A stretch of DNA of 64,000 nucleotides from Propionibacteriaceae bacterium (GCA_036377435.1 DASUYM010000314.1:547-64546); one strand, 5' to 3'; shown: positions 17,765 to 28,015, numbered from the stretch's first letter. The notes: a model not told the origin generated them from the sequence alone. Translations and numbers: made by a program.

Positions 17765-17780
17765 ATGAACGTATGTTCGA
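17765..17780 (+). promoter_or_regulatory. putative LexA (SOS) box overlapping the start codon of the DUF222/HNH gene
   Basis: ATGAAC-GTAT-GTTCGA compares with the mycobacterial/actinobacterial SOS box TCGAAC-N4-GTTCGA, matching 10/12 including both GAAC/GTTC cores. It sits in an unusually A+T-rich stretch (TCTAATATGAACGTATGTTCGATAAG). Confidence 0.5.
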
Positions 17781-19395
17781 TAAGCAGGGGAGTGGGCCGG
17801 ATGCCGCGACGACTTTGTCGTTGGTATCCCACGCTCACCGCCAGGTGCTGGAACAAGAATGCGCCTTGGTTGAGCTGGCGGCGCACTGGGCCGATCTGCA
17901 TCATCCCGACAGCCAGGTAGTCGTTGAGAAGCCGCTGCCGGGTGCGGAGCGGGGACGCCGGCTGGGTGGGGAGGGCACCCCGCAGGTGTTGGAGTTCGGC
18001 GCCGCCGAATTGGGTGCCCGGATGCAGACCACGATCGGATCGGCGCGGGCGTTGATGGCTGATGCGTTGGACATCCGGCATCGGCTACCTGCGCTGTGGC
18101 AGCTGGTCTTGGCAGGCGAGGTGGCGTCGTGGCGGGTCCGGAAGGTGGCCCAGGCCACCCGGCATCTGAGTCGGGATGCGGCCATGCACGTGGATGCCGC
18201 GGTCGCCGACTCGATTGCTGGGTTGCCGTGGGGCAGGTTTGAGACCCTGCTGGCCGCCAAGATCATTGAAGCCGACCCGAGGGCGGCTGAGGAGCAGGCC
18301 AAGATCTGGGAGGCGGAACGCTTCGTACGGGCCGGCCGCACCGGACAATCGGGGCTGAAGTTGCTGATTGCCAAGGCCAACGCCGGCGATGTCATCTGGT
18401 TCATGGCCACCATCAACCGGATCGCTGAGATCCTGCGGCTGCAAGGCGACCTGGACACCGCCGAGGTACGCCGCTCCAAATCCATCGGCATCCTCGCCCA
18501 ACCAGCCCTGGCTGTGCAGCTGCTGTGGGACTTCCGTGGCGAACAGCACCCCGCTGCCCAACCGCAGCAGCCCGAGGAGCTGATCCACAATGAACCCAAC
18601 GTGCCCTACGACAGGTCGAGCGCCGGACCAGCCGACGATCCGCCAGAAAGCGCGGCCGACGACAAGTCACCGGGTCAGTCGGCGGAGCCTGCGCAGACGT
18701 CAGCGGTGCAGAACTTGGCTGGTTCCGCCGTGGAGGCGGCAGCTCAGCCGGTGGAGTCGGCTGGTTATGGGTTGATCATCCAGCCGAGCGGAGTGGATGC
18801 CCGCAAGCTGCGGCCGCAGCTGATGCTGCATATCCATCTCAGCCAGGAAGCACTGCTCGGCTACCACCAGGGCAAACCTGGACTCGTCGGCGGCGCTTGC
18901 CGCTTCGAAGGAGTCGGGCCCATCACCCTCGGCCAAGTCCGCCGATTCCTCGCCGACACCGCGTGTGACATCAAGGTGCAACCAGTGATCGACCCGCACG
19001 ACACCCCACCGGTGGACGGCTATGAGATTCCCCGGCGGATCCGCGAAGCCATGTTCCTCCGGATGCCGGGCAGCTGCTTCCCCTACGCAGCCGGAGCCGA
19101 ACGCATGGATCTTGATCACACCAAGTCGTATGTACCGCTTGCCCGTGGTGGCCCGCCCGGCCAAACCGGGGTACACAACCTGGGTCCGCTGATCCGGCTT
19201 GAACACCGCGTCAAAACCCACAGCCGATGGCGGGTCCGACAACCCGAACCCGGCGTCTGGCTCTGGCAATCACCCCACCAGAACTACTACCTCGTCACCA
19301 ACGCCGGAACCCAACACCTCGGCGACGGATCATTCGCCCGCCGGGTATGGAAGGCGGCTACACACCCACGCCGTCTCTCCATCACGGCCGCGTAG
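17773..19395 (+). CDS. DUF222 / HNH-endonuclease-like protein (REP13E12-type family)
   Basis: The N-terminus HRQVLEQECALVELAAHWADLHHP is typical of DUF222. The C-terminal HNH region is CFPYAAGAERMDLDHTKSY...GVHNLGPLIRLEHRVKTHSRW, in which the usual Cys/His positions (C-x-x-P-x-C, LCRxHH) are partly substituted. Confidence 0.75.
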   Translation: MFDKQGSGPDAATTLSLVSHAHRQVLEQECALVELAAHWADLHHPDSQVVVEKPLPGAERGRRLGGEGTPQVLEFGAAELGARMQTTIGSARALMADALDIRHRLPALWQLVLAGEVASWRVRKVAQATRHLSRDAAMHVDAAVADSIAGLPWGRFETLLAAKIIEADPRAAEEQAKIWEAERFVRAGRTGQSGLKLLIAKANAGDVIWFMATINRIAEILRLQGDLDTAEVRRSKSIGILAQPALAVQLLWDFRGEQHPAAQPQQPEELIHNEPNVPYDRSSAGPADDPPESAADDKSPGQSAEPAQTSAVQNLAGSAVEAAAQPVESAGYGLIIQPSGVDARKLRPQLMLHIHLSQEALLGYHQGKPGLVGGACRFEGVGPITLGQVRRFLADTACDIKVQPVIDPHDTPPVDGYEIPRRIREAMFLRMPGSCFPYAAGAERMDLDHTKSYVPLARGGPPGQTGVHNLGPLIRLEHRVKTHSRWRVRQPEPGVWLWQSPHQNYYLVTNAGTQHLGDGSFARRVWKAATHPRRLSITAA

Positions 19396-19437
19396 CTCGA
19401 TAGCCAACCCCTGTTGCGGGGCCTATAGCCGACTTCC

Positions 19438-20262
19438 TTAGCTCCCGGCTGACCAGCTCAGCTCGCAGACGGCTGCTCTGTGATCGGACGGATAGACGCC
19501 GTCCACTGCCTCGCCGGCCAGCATGGTCGACACCACCTTGACGCGCTGCGCCCACTCTCCCGGCCGGAAGAAGATGTGGTCGATACGCTGGTCGATCAAT
19601 TCCTTCGCCTCGATCGGTGCAGAAGGATGCCTGGAGGGCAGGGTCACAGCCGCCGGATCGCCTGCGCCAGCGCGCCACGCGTCGGTCAACACATCCGACA
19701 ACGGGCGAAGTATGGGGCTGTTCGGGGCGGCATTGAGGTCACCAGCGACAATGATCGGCAAGGAACCGTCAAGATCAGGATCGGTGGCGAGGTCAGCCAC
19801 AGTCTGCACTTGCGCGATTCGATCATCGTTGTAAGCGGGCTCGTACTCCAGACACGCGATGATCACGTGTAGTGGTCCTGCAGGGTGTCCCAGCGTCGCG
19901 ACCATGGCTACTAAGCTGCGGTGCCGCGCCGGCATCTCGACCTGCCGCAGTTTGCTGATCGGCCAACGGCTCAGTAGCCCCAGACCCAACAGGATTTGAT
20001 CATCTTCCGGCGCCCGTGGCACATCAGATACCGGTGGGTAGGACGGCGCCACGAAGCCGGCATGCATCCCAAGTTGGTCAGCGAACTCTTGAGCCTGAGT
20101 CGTCGTGGCACTGCCCCATACCTCCTGCAATGCGACCACATCGGCGCTGACCTGGCGAAGCGTCTCTAATAGGCCGGTTTGACGATCCTTCCAGTCAGGC
20201 CCGAATCTCCACCAGATGTTCCAAGTCAGGATCTTGACCCGACCCGCGGGCACGTCGTTCAT
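19438..20262 (-). CDS. endonuclease/exonuclease/phosphatase (EEP) family protein
   Basis: Motifs are VKILTWNIWW, ADVVALQEVW and YPSDHRAV. The internal ATG at 20262 is preferred because the longer ORF (to 20364) would overlap the divergent SulP upstream region. Confidence 0.7.
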   Translation of the reverse strand: MNDVPAGRVKILTWNIWWRFGPDWKDRQTGLLETLRQVSADVVALQEVWGSATTTQAQEFADQLGMHAGFVAPSYPPVSDVPRAPEDDQILLGLGLLSRWPISKLRQVEMPARHRSLVAMVATLGHPAGPLHVIIACLEYEPAYNDDRIAQVQTVADLATDPDLDGSLPIIVAGDLNAAPNSPILRPLSDVLTDAWRAGAGDPAAVTLPSRHPSAPIEAKELIDQRIDHIFFRPGEWAQRVKVVSTMLAGEAVDGVYPSDHRAAVCELSWSAGS

Positions 20263-20409
20263 GCGTCTCCTTCCGAGGACACCGGCCACCAAAAGTACTT
20301 CCGACAGCCTGCGAGCAATCGCATGCCATCCGGCTGGCCGCTGCCGGTTGAGCGCAACGGACAATCTGCAACGGCATCACCACCGATCAGGGCCCGATAC
20401 GGTCGTTCT

Positions 20410-22155
20410 GTGTCGAACCAGGCAACCGCAAAGAGCCCGGCATCCTTGACACGCCGCTATCTGCCGGGGATCAGGGTGCTTCGCGAGTACCAGCGAACCT
20501 GGCTGCGCGGGGACCTTCTGGCTGGAGTGACGGTCGCGGCCTATCTGGTTCCGCAGGTCATGGCGTACGCGGAGGTAGCCGGACTGCCCGCGATTGCTGG
20601 ATTGTGGGCAGCCGTCGCGCCGCTGGTTGCCTACGCCGTTTTCGGCTCGTCCCGCCAACTCTCCGTCGGTCCGGAGTCCAGTACCGCACTGATGACCGCT
20701 GCGGCGGTCACCGTGCTGGTCGCGGGTGATCAGCAGCACTACGCAGAAACAGCGGCGGCGCTAGCGCTCGCGGTGAGCGCGATTTGCCTGGTCTGCTGGC
20801 TGGCCAGGCTTGGCTTCCTGGCCAATCTGCTTTCCCATCCAGTCCTCATCGGTTACATGGCCGGTATCGCGGTGCTGATGATCGTCAGTCAGCTCGGCAA
20901 GGTGAGCGGTGTTGAAGTGGAAGGGGATTCAGTCCTATCCGAAGTGCGGTTCTTCGTCGTCCATCTCGATGAAGTTCATCGCCCGACGCTGCTTGTTGCA
21001 GCCGGCACCTTCGCAGTGCTCGTGGCGCTTTACCGGTTACTGCCGCGATGGCCCGGTCCGCTGATCGCGATGGTATTGGCCGCAGCCGCAGTGGCGGTGC
21101 TCGATGTGGACCAGATGGGGGTCGCGACCGTCGGCAGTATCCCGCGCGGGCTGCCCCCAGCCTCGATTCCCGACTTCTCCACCATCGACTTCAGCACCCT
21201 GCTACCGGCCGCGCTTGGTGTGACCATCGTCGCCTACACCGACAACGTCGTAACAGCGCGAGCCTTCGCAGCCAGGCGGCGGGAGGAGATCGACGCCCGC
21301 CAGGAGTTCCTGGCCCTAGGTGCGGCCAATCTAGGTGCTGGGTTGTTCTCCGGCTTTCCCGTCAGCAGCAGCGGCAGCCGGACGGTGATCGGGGACACGA
21401 TGGGCAGCCGCACTCAGCTGTACTCCCTCGTCGCCGCCGCAATTCTGCTACTCACCATGCTGTTCCTGGGTCCAGCACTCTCCACTTTTCCACTAGCTGC
21501 CTTAGGCGCTCTCGTGGTGTTTGCTGCACTCCGGTTGATCGATTTCGCGGAACTCCACCGGATCGCCCGGTTCCGCCGCAGCGAGCTTTTCTTGGCGTTG
21601 GCCACAACGGCCGCGGTGTTGATCTTCGATGTGCTATACGGCATAGCGGTGGCCGTAGCACTGTCAATTCTGGACCTGCTACGCCGCATCGCCCGACCAC
21701 ATGACGGCATCTTGGGCTACGTTCCGGGGCTGGCCGGCATGCACGACATCGACGACTACGACACCGGCCGCCAGGTGCCCGGCCTATTGGTCTATCGCTA
21801 CGACGCGCCGCTTTTTTTCGCCAATGCCGAGGACTTCAAGCGTCGCGCGCTGGCCGCGGTCGACGCTGCGGATCCCCTGGTGGAGTGGTTCCTGTTGAAT
21901 GCGGAGGCCAACACCGAGATAGACCTGACAGCAGTCGACGCCCTTGAGGAGGTGCGCAAGAGGCTGGCCGAGCGCGACATCGTTTTTGCTTTCGCCCGGG
22001 TGAAGTTCGAGGTGCGGGAGATTCTGGCGTCAACCGGGTTCATCGACCGCATCGGTGAGGACAAGGTGTTTATGACGCTGCCTACGGCGGTGAACGCATA
22101 CCAGGATTGGTACGCTGCCCGTCACGGCGGTGACGCGCCGGGTCCGCGACCTTGA
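20410..22155 (+). CDS. SulP family anion transporter with C-terminal STAS domain
   Basis: The sequence includes LRGDLLAGVTVAAYLVPQVMAYAEVAGLPAIAGLW and multiple TM helices. The STAS region reads GLLVYRYDAPLFFANAEDFKRR...DLTAVDALEEV. The start is uncertain, with candidates GTG 20410 and ATG 20323. Confidence 0.8.
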   Translation: MSNQATAKSPASLTRRYLPGIRVLREYQRTWLRGDLLAGVTVAAYLVPQVMAYAEVAGLPAIAGLWAAVAPLVAYAVFGSSRQLSVGPESSTALMTAAAVTVLVAGDQQHYAETAAALALAVSAICLVCWLARLGFLANLLSHPVLIGYMAGIAVLMIVSQLGKVSGVEVEGDSVLSEVRFFVVHLDEVHRPTLLVAAGTFAVLVALYRLLPRWPGPLIAMVLAAAAVAVLDVDQMGVATVGSIPRGLPPASIPDFSTIDFSTLLPAALGVTIVAYTDNVVTARAFAARRREEIDARQEFLALGAANLGAGLFSGFPVSSSGSRTVIGDTMGSRTQLYSLVAAAILLLTMLFLGPALSTFPLAALGALVVFAALRLIDFAELHRIARFRRSELFLALATTAAVLIFDVLYGIAVAVALSILDLLRRIARPHDGILGYVPGLAGMHDIDDYDTGRQVPGLLVYRYDAPLFFANAEDFKRRALAAVDAADPLVEWFLLNAEANTEIDLTAVDALEEVRKRLAERDIVFAFARVKFEVREILASTGFIDRIGEDKVFMTLPTAVNAYQDWYAARHGGDAPGPRP

Positions 22156-22171
22156 CGCTGGCTGCTGGCGA

Positions 22172-24007
22172 TCACCGGCCGCGATCGAGTTCCCTGTTCA
22201 GCGTGATGGCAGCGTCGATCAGAGCCAGATGCGTGAATGCCTGAGGGAAGTTGCCGATCTGTTCGCCCGTTAGAGCGATTTCCTCCGAGTAGAGGCCGAG
22301 GTGGTTGGCGTAGGTCAGCATCTTCTCGAATGTATTGCGTGCCTTCTCGAGCTGCCCGGCTCTCGCGAGCGAGTCGACGTAGCTGAAGGTACACAACGAG
22401 AACGTCCCTTCGGAGCCGAGCAATCCGTCAGGTGAGGCCGCTGGATCGTAGCGATACACCAAGCTGTCGGTGACGAGCTCGCCATCCATAGCCTCCAAGG
22501 TCGAAGTCCACATTGGATCCTTCGGAGAGATAAAACCAACTGATGTCATGCGTAGCAGCGACGAGTCGAGCACATCCGTCTTCGAGTGCTGGACGAACGC
22601 CTGGCGCGCCTCGCTCCAGTCGGCTTCCATGATCTGGTCATAGATGGCGTCCCGTTCGGTACGCCAACGATCCAGCGGCGCCGGACGTCCGTGCATATTT
22701 GCCAAACGGAGGCCGCGGTCGAAGGCGACCCAACTCATCAGCCGTCCGTACGTGAACTCCTGCCGCCCGCCCCGAGTCTCCCAGATTCCCTCCTCCGGCT
22801 GGTTCCAGCTGTCGGCGAGCCAGTTCAGGATGTCGCAGAGACGGCGCCATCCCTGGTGGCCGCCTTCCAGTCCATGTTGGTTGGCGAAGTAGAGGCTATC
22901 GATCGCCTCGCCGTAGATGTCGAGCTGCAGTTGGTCCGCGGCGCCGTTCCCGATCCGTACAGGACTAGATCCCCTGTATCCCTCCCAATGGGGAAGAATC
23001 TCCTCGATCAGGTCACTGGAACCATCAATGCGATACATGATGTTGAGCGGGCCACCTTTACCGCCTACCTGCTCCTGGACCCTCGCGGCCAGCCAGCGTC
23101 CTAGGGCTGCCGCCTCCTCGGTGAATCCCATACCTAGTAGCGCATAGACCGAGAATGAGGCATCACGAACCCAGGTGAACCGGTAGTCCCAGTTGCGCTC
23201 CCCCCCGATCTGCTCCGGCAGCGCCGCCGTCGGTGCTGCGACGATGCCACCGGTCGGCGCGTACGTCATGAGCTTCAGCGTGATCGCGGACCGTTCCAAG
23301 GTCTCCCGCCACCGACCCGTGTAGGTGGACTGCGCGAGCCATGACCTCCAGAAGCCAGCAGTCTCGTTGAAGAGCTGCCAGGCCTCTGAGACTCGGATTT
23401 GTCGCGGAGGGCGAGGCTGACCTGTCTCCAAGACAAGTCCGCGCATCTGACCGGCTGTCAGGGTGAGCTCGAAGGTCAGATCTTGTTCCGACACACGTTG
23501 GACACGTGCAAGTCGAGCATCGTCCGGTTCCCGAACAATGCTGAGCGACATCGCACTCTGGGCACTTTTGAAAAAGATCCCGTCCTCGCTGACATGGGTC
23601 TCATGCGGCTCCCGGCCGTAGTCAAACCTCGGAGCGATGTCCACAACGAAGGTCATCTCACCGCGCACGCACCGGAGCATCCGTACCATCTGGTGCCGGT
23701 TGGAGGCGACCGCGGTACTGGTGATTGGCATGAAATCGACGACTTCGCCAACACCCGACTCGGTGAGAAAACGGGTGACGAGAATGGCGGTGTCCGGGTA
23801 GTAGAGCTGCTGCCTGGTGAAGGTGTCGACCGTTGGTCGAGTGCGCAAGTGTCCACCTTGATCCTGGTCCAGTAGCGAGCCGAAGATGCTGGGCGAGTCG
23901 AAGCGGGGCGCGCAGAACCAATCGATGGTGCCGTCGGTGCTGACGAGTGCCGCCGTCTGTAGGTTGCCAATGAGTCCGTGATCGGCGATGAGTGGGTAAT
24001 TCGACAT
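22172..24007 (-). CDS. glycoside hydrolase family 15 (glucoamylase/trehalase-like)
   Basis: From ATG 24007 the protein reads MSNYPLIADHGLIGNLQTAALVSTDGTIDWFCAPRFDSPSIF. It also carries ERNWDYRFTWVRDASF and a C-terminal (alpha/alpha)6 region. Confidence 0.85.
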   Translation of the reverse strand: MSNYPLIADHGLIGNLQTAALVSTDGTIDWFCAPRFDSPSIFGSLLDQDQGGHLRTRPTVDTFTRQQLYYPDTAILVTRFLTESGVGEVVDFMPITSTAVASNRHQMVRMLRCVRGEMTFVVDIAPRFDYGREPHETHVSEDGIFFKSAQSAMSLSIVREPDDARLARVQRVSEQDLTFELTLTAGQMRGLVLETGQPRPPRQIRVSEAWQLFNETAGFWRSWLAQSTYTGRWRETLERSAITLKLMTYAPTGGIVAAPTAALPEQIGGERNWDYRFTWVRDASFSVYALLGMGFTEEAAALGRWLAARVQEQVGGKGGPLNIMYRIDGSSDLIEEILPHWEGYRGSSPVRIGNGAADQLQLDIYGEAIDSLYFANQHGLEGGHQGWRRLCDILNWLADSWNQPEEGIWETRGGRQEFTYGRLMSWVAFDRGLRLANMHGRPAPLDRWRTERDAIYDQIMEADWSEARQAFVQHSKTDVLDSSLLRMTSVGFISPKDPMWTSTLEAMDGELVTDSLVYRYDPAASPDGLLGSEGTFSLCTFSYVDSLARAGQLEKARNTFEKMLTYANHLGLYSEEIALTGEQIGNFPQAFTHLALIDAAITLNRELDRGR

Positions 24008-24145
24008 CGATGTCTGATCCTTACTTTGCGGAGCCGGCGTAGACCGCATCGGTCCCGGATGTGACCATGCTGCGCCAGCTTCCTTGCCTATGGCCTCACC
24101 CCCAGAGGGTGATTGCTGGCGCACTGGTTGTGGAACGATGCTGCG

Positions 24146-25558
24146 GTGACTCAAAGTGCACCGGTCGAACAGGGATCGAGCAACCTGCGACGCGTACTCG
24201 CTCCCCTAGCCCTCGCCCAGTTCATCTGTAGCTTTGCCGGCTCGAACATGAACGTGATGATCACCGATATGAGTGAGGACCTGGACACCACCGTTCAGGG
24301 TATTCAGATCGCGATCACGATCTTCCTGTTGGTGATGGCGGCACTGATGATCCCTGGCGGCAAGCTGACCGACCGCTACGGCCGCAAACGATTATTCATG
24401 CTCGGACTGATCGTCTATGGCATCGGTGCCGTGCTGAGCGCTGTCTCGCCCGGCTTGGGCGTGCTGATCCTCGGCAACTCAATTCTGGAGGGCGTAGGCA
24501 CGGCGATGTTGATCCCGCCGGTCTACATCCTCACGACGTTGCTGTTCACCGAGCTGACGTCCCGGGCTCGTGCGTTTGGGGTGATCAGCGCCATGGGAGG
24601 CGTCGGCGCCGCAGCCGGTCCGCTGATCGGGGGTCTTATCACCTCGGCCATCAGTTGGAGGGCAGCCTTCATCTTCCAAGCACTGGTTATTGCTGTGATC
24701 GTCCTCCTGAGTCGAAAGATCACCGATCCACTCCCGGCCGACCCGACTCGACCGTTCGACACCACTGGCGCCGTCCTCTCAGCCGTCGGTCTGGTGCTCG
24801 TAGTCACGGGCATCCTTGCAGCAGACAACAACCTCTGGCTCATGCTGATCTTGATCATCACCGGTGTTCTCGTCCTGGCGTTGTTCTTCCGATCAGTACG
24901 CGCCAAGGAGCGGGCTGGCAAGGAGCCTCTGCTGTCGACGAGCCTCTTCCGCAACCGCACCTCCAATCTCGGTCTGGTAACCCAAAACACCCAATGGGTC
25001 CTGCTCCTAGGCTCATCATTTGTGGTCTCGGCCTACCTGCAGGTGGTTCGGGGCTACGACGCGATCCAGACCGGTGTCATCTTCACCGCGGCAACGGTGG
25101 GGTTGCTGGCCTCCTCGCTCGCCGCAGAACGTCTCGCTAAGCGGCGTGCACAGCGCACCCTCATCCTTGCCGGATTCGTTCTCACGATTGCTGGCATTGG
25201 TGTCCTGCTCTTGATAGTGAGGGTTTCTCCAACCGCCTGGGCGTTCGCACCAGGACTGCTCCTCATAGGCCTTGGTCTCGGCATGATGCTTACGCCGTCG
25301 GTGAACGTCGTGCAGTCAAGCTTCCCGGACGACCTGCAGGGTGAGATCTCCGGCCTGTCCCGCAGCGTGTCCAACCTCGGTTCGAGCCTCGGAACCGCTA
25401 TCGCCGGCACCATCCTCGTTGCCGGCATTACCGCCACGCCGGAGCGCGCCTACGGACTCGCGATGGCGGCTCTTGCAGTGGTTGGCCTGATGGGCCTAGT
25501 TGCTGCTGCGATGCTGCCGAGGAAGATCACTGCCGTTGGACTCACCCAGAGCGGGTGA
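24146..25558 (+). CDS. MFS transporter (DHA2-like, about 14 TM)
   Basis: Motif A is PGGKLTDRYGRKRLFMLG. There are many TM helices. The start is uncertain (GTG 24146 or TTG 24113). Confidence 0.8.
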   Translation: MTQSAPVEQGSSNLRRVLAPLALAQFICSFAGSNMNVMITDMSEDLDTTVQGIQIAITIFLLVMAALMIPGGKLTDRYGRKRLFMLGLIVYGIGAVLSAVSPGLGVLILGNSILEGVGTAMLIPPVYILTTLLFTELTSRARAFGVISAMGGVGAAAGPLIGGLITSAISWRAAFIFQALVIAVIVLLSRKITDPLPADPTRPFDTTGAVLSAVGLVLVVTGILAADNNLWLMLILIITGVLVLALFFRSVRAKERAGKEPLLSTSLFRNRTSNLGLVTQNTQWVLLLGSSFVVSAYLQVVRGYDAIQTGVIFTAATVGLLASSLAAERLAKRRAQRTLILAGFVLTIAGIGVLLLIVRVSPTAWAFAPGLLLIGLGLGMMLTPSVNVVQSSFPDDLQGEISGLSRSVSNLGSSLGTAIAGTILVAGITATPERAYGLAMAALAVVGLMGLVAAAMLPRKITAVGLTQSG

Positions 25559-25588
25559 AGTCTCCGCGGGGTCTCGGCTCGCGCCAGC

Positions 25589-25608
25589 CGCTGACATGGC
25601 AGTCAGCG
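25589..25608 (+). terminator. possible hairpin after MFS gene
   Basis: CGCTGAC-ATGGCA-GTCAGCG is a perfect 7-bp stem 31 nt after the stop. There is no T-tract. Confidence 0.25.
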
Positions 25609-25778
25609 TAGGCCTCTAGTGATCCTTGTCTCCTAAGTTCCTTTGCGGTTGCGGCTCTATGCCGGAAACCTTGCGGTCAGGCTGGCGGGCTGTGCACTTT
25701 GCAGCGTAATCTCGTACACCGCCCCTCGCTCCTCCTGCGTCAGGCGTTGAAAGCTGACTGGGTCATAGCGCGGGAAGG

Positions 25779-26213
25779 TCACGACGCCGCGGCTCGTCGG
25801 CTGTCCTGCGGCGCCGCCGGTACTGGCTGACGCAGGTAGGCCGCGAGCGCCCAGATGACGAGCATGTCAACAGCGATGATCATGATCGCCCACAACGGCG
25901 AGAACGGCAAAAAGACGAAGTTCAAGATTGCCGAGATCACTGCCACGACCATGCCAGCGACGCGAGCCCAGGTCTGACCCCTGAGCAGCGAGATGCCGAT
26001 CACCAGCAGCGCTAGGCCGACCAGAAGGTGGATCACGCCCCAGACGGTCAGGTCAAAAGCGAAGATGTATTCCGGCACCACAACGAGCCACTCGTCGTTC
26101 ACAACGGCCGCGAGACCTTCGAGGGCCTGGAAAGCCCCACCGATGATCATCACAAGGCCGGCAAAGACGGCAATACCGTGAGCCCAGGGGCTGACGGCCT
26201 GTGTGTTTGCCAT
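25779..26213 (-). CDS. small 4-TM membrane protein (DUF7144-like)
   Basis: The ORF is 144 aa: ...FAGLVMIIGGAFQALEGLAAVVNDEWLVVVPEYIFAFDLTVWGVIHLLVG...WARVAGMVVAVISAILNFVFLPFSPLWAIMIIAVD. Confidence 0.65.
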   Translation of the reverse strand: MANTQAVSPWAHGIAVFAGLVMIIGGAFQALEGLAAVVNDEWLVVVPEYIFAFDLTVWGVIHLLVGLALLVIGISLLRGQTWARVAGMVVAVISAILNFVFLPFSPLWAIMIIAVDMLVIWALAAYLRQPVPAAPQDSRRAAAS

Positions 26214-26445
26214 TGGTATCTGGCCTCCAATTCTGGTTGAGTCTGACTCGACTGCAGATGAACGGTACGTGGCAGCGGGCGTCAGAAAATCACCCGTTGC
26301 GGGTGAATGGATGCGTGCACACTAGCGGCAAAATCGCGCTGCCGAAGCGATAGCGGAGAATCACCCAGCGATCGCCAGGTCCGAGATTGAATGCGAGGCT
26401 CCAGTGACAGAGAACGACCGTCTGAGCAGCACCGAGGAATCGCGG

Positions 26446-28002
26446 ATGAACCGGCCGCTAGCCATCCTGCTGGCGATGGCAATGTTCGTGCTCGTCGTCG
26501 ACACCTCGATCATGAATGTATCGATCTCGGCCGTCGTTCGGGATCTCGAGACGACGGTGAGCGGCGTCCAGTCGGCGATCGCACTTGAAGCGCTCGTGTC
26601 TGCCGCGTTCATTTTGATCGGCAGCAAGGTCGGCGACCTCATCGGGCGCAAGCGCGCTTACGTGCTCGGGCTGCTCGGATACGCCATCGGCGCGGCCGCT
26701 ATGACGCTCGCCCAGAACCTGCTCGCAATCGTTGTCTTCTGGGCCATCATCGGCGGTATTGGGGCGTCGCTGCTGCTCCCCGCTATGCAGTCCCTTATTC
26801 ATGGGAACTTCGAGGGCGCAGCTCAGAAGCGCGTCTATGCGCTCGTCGGTGCAGCGGCTGCGATTGCGGCGGCGGTCGGACCCTTGCTGGGCGGGTTCAT
26901 CACCACATACTTCTCGTGGCGAATCGCCTTCCTGCTTGAGCTCGTGATCATCATCGTCGTGCTCTCCGGCATCAAGCTGGTGCACGACGTGCCCTATACC
27001 GGCAGCCGAGAGGTAGACGTCGTCAGTGCGCTCCTCTCGATCCTGGGCATGGGCGGCATTGTGCTCGGCATCCTGGTTTGGCAAGAGGGCGGAGAGTATG
27101 TGCTGGCGATTCTGGCCAGCGGCGCCCTTGGGCTCGCGGGTTTGGCGTACTGGCTGCTCCGTCGCAAGCGGCAAGAAAAAGCGACACTGATCGATCCAGA
27201 CCTGTTCCGGTCTAAGCATTTTCAACTGGGAATCTCCCAGCAGATGCTGCAGCAGATCGCTCTCGGCGGGCTCATGATCGCCTTGCCGATCTACCTGCAG
27301 ATGGTGCTCGAGTACAACGCCATGCAGGCGGGCCTGTCTATCGCGCCACTTTCCCTCAGCATGTTCGGCGTCGCGATGCTCGCAGGACGAAAAGCCGAGG
27401 GACGGCGGCCTAGCACGCTCGTTCGGATGGGCTTTCTTCTGCTCGCGGTCGGGATTGGAGTATTGATCCCGATCGTGCCCCGTGCCGACTCCGGCTGGTA
27501 TCTCCTGGTTCCGTTGGTGATCGCCGGATCGGGACTCGGCCTGCTGGTGTCTCAGCTCAACAATTACACGCTGGCGCCGATCTCGGAGGAGCGAGTTAGT
27601 GAGGCTGCTGGAGTCAACTCTGCAGCGGGATCGTTCGGGCTCTCCTTCGGCTTGGCATTTGCGGGCGCCACCATGCTGGCCACGCTCGCGGTTTCCTTCA
27701 CGAATATGGCCCAGGAGAGCACGGTCCTGCCGACGTCCGACAAGGAGCGTGTCGCCGTAGTTCTCGAGGAAGATGCGCAAGTCATGAGCAACACTCAGCT
27801 GACCCAGCTGCTCGAGAGCCAACCTCCTGAAATCCAAGATGAGATTGTCCGTATCAATACCGAAGCCCGGCCGCTGGCACTTCAGGTGGCTCTACTTGTG
27901 CCGATCATCGCCGGCCTGCTCGGTCTCCTCAATTCGTTCCGGATGAGCCGACTGCCTGACGTTAAGCCATTCTCCGCAACCGAAGGAATGTCGATCGGCT
28001 GA
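26446..28002 (+). CDS. MFS transporter (EmrB/QacA DHA2 type)
   Basis: ATG 26446 lies 7 nt after GAGGA, and the ORF is open from GTG 26404. Motif A is GSKVGDLIGRKRAYVLG. There are about 14 TM helices. Confidence 0.8.
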   Translation: MNRPLAILLAMAMFVLVVDTSIMNVSISAVVRDLETTVSGVQSAIALEALVSAAFILIGSKVGDLIGRKRAYVLGLLGYAIGAAAMTLAQNLLAIVVFWAIIGGIGASLLLPAMQSLIHGNFEGAAQKRVYALVGAAAAIAAAVGPLLGGFITTYFSWRIAFLLELVIIIVVLSGIKLVHDVPYTGSREVDVVSALLSILGMGGIVLGILVWQEGGEYVLAILASGALGLAGLAYWLLRRKRQEKATLIDPDLFRSKHFQLGISQQMLQQIALGGLMIALPIYLQMVLEYNAMQAGLSIAPLSLSMFGVAMLAGRKAEGRRPSTLVRMGFLLLAVGIGVLIPIVPRADSGWYLLVPLVIAGSGLGLLVSQLNNYTLAPISEERVSEAAGVNSAAGSFGLSFGLAFAGATMLATLAVSFTNMAQESTVLPTSDKERVAVVLEEDAQVMSNTQLTQLLESQPPEIQDEIVRINTEARPLALQVALLVPIIAGLLGLLNSFRMSRLPDVKPFSATEGMSIG

Positions 28003-28015
28003 TGACTCGGACTCG

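Noticed and set aside
25589-25608. The palindrome CGCTGAC-N6-GTCAGCG, considered as a fifth copy of the CGCTGACAAGTCGG motif.
   Set aside because: It shares only the CGCTGAC half-site, with different spacing. Its position right after a stop codon fits a simple hairpin better.
26458-27837. A 459-aa ORF antisense to the MFS transporter. Similar long shadow ORFs are at 13207..14115 (-), 30645..31571 (-), 49837..51123 (+), 7165..8118 (+), 8131..8757 (-) and 45693..46307 (-).
   Set aside because: Their composition is Arg/His/Pro/Gly-rich and low in complexity, and no family motifs are present. Each lies exactly opposite a well-supported gene. Long stop-free antisense frames are expected at this G+C content.
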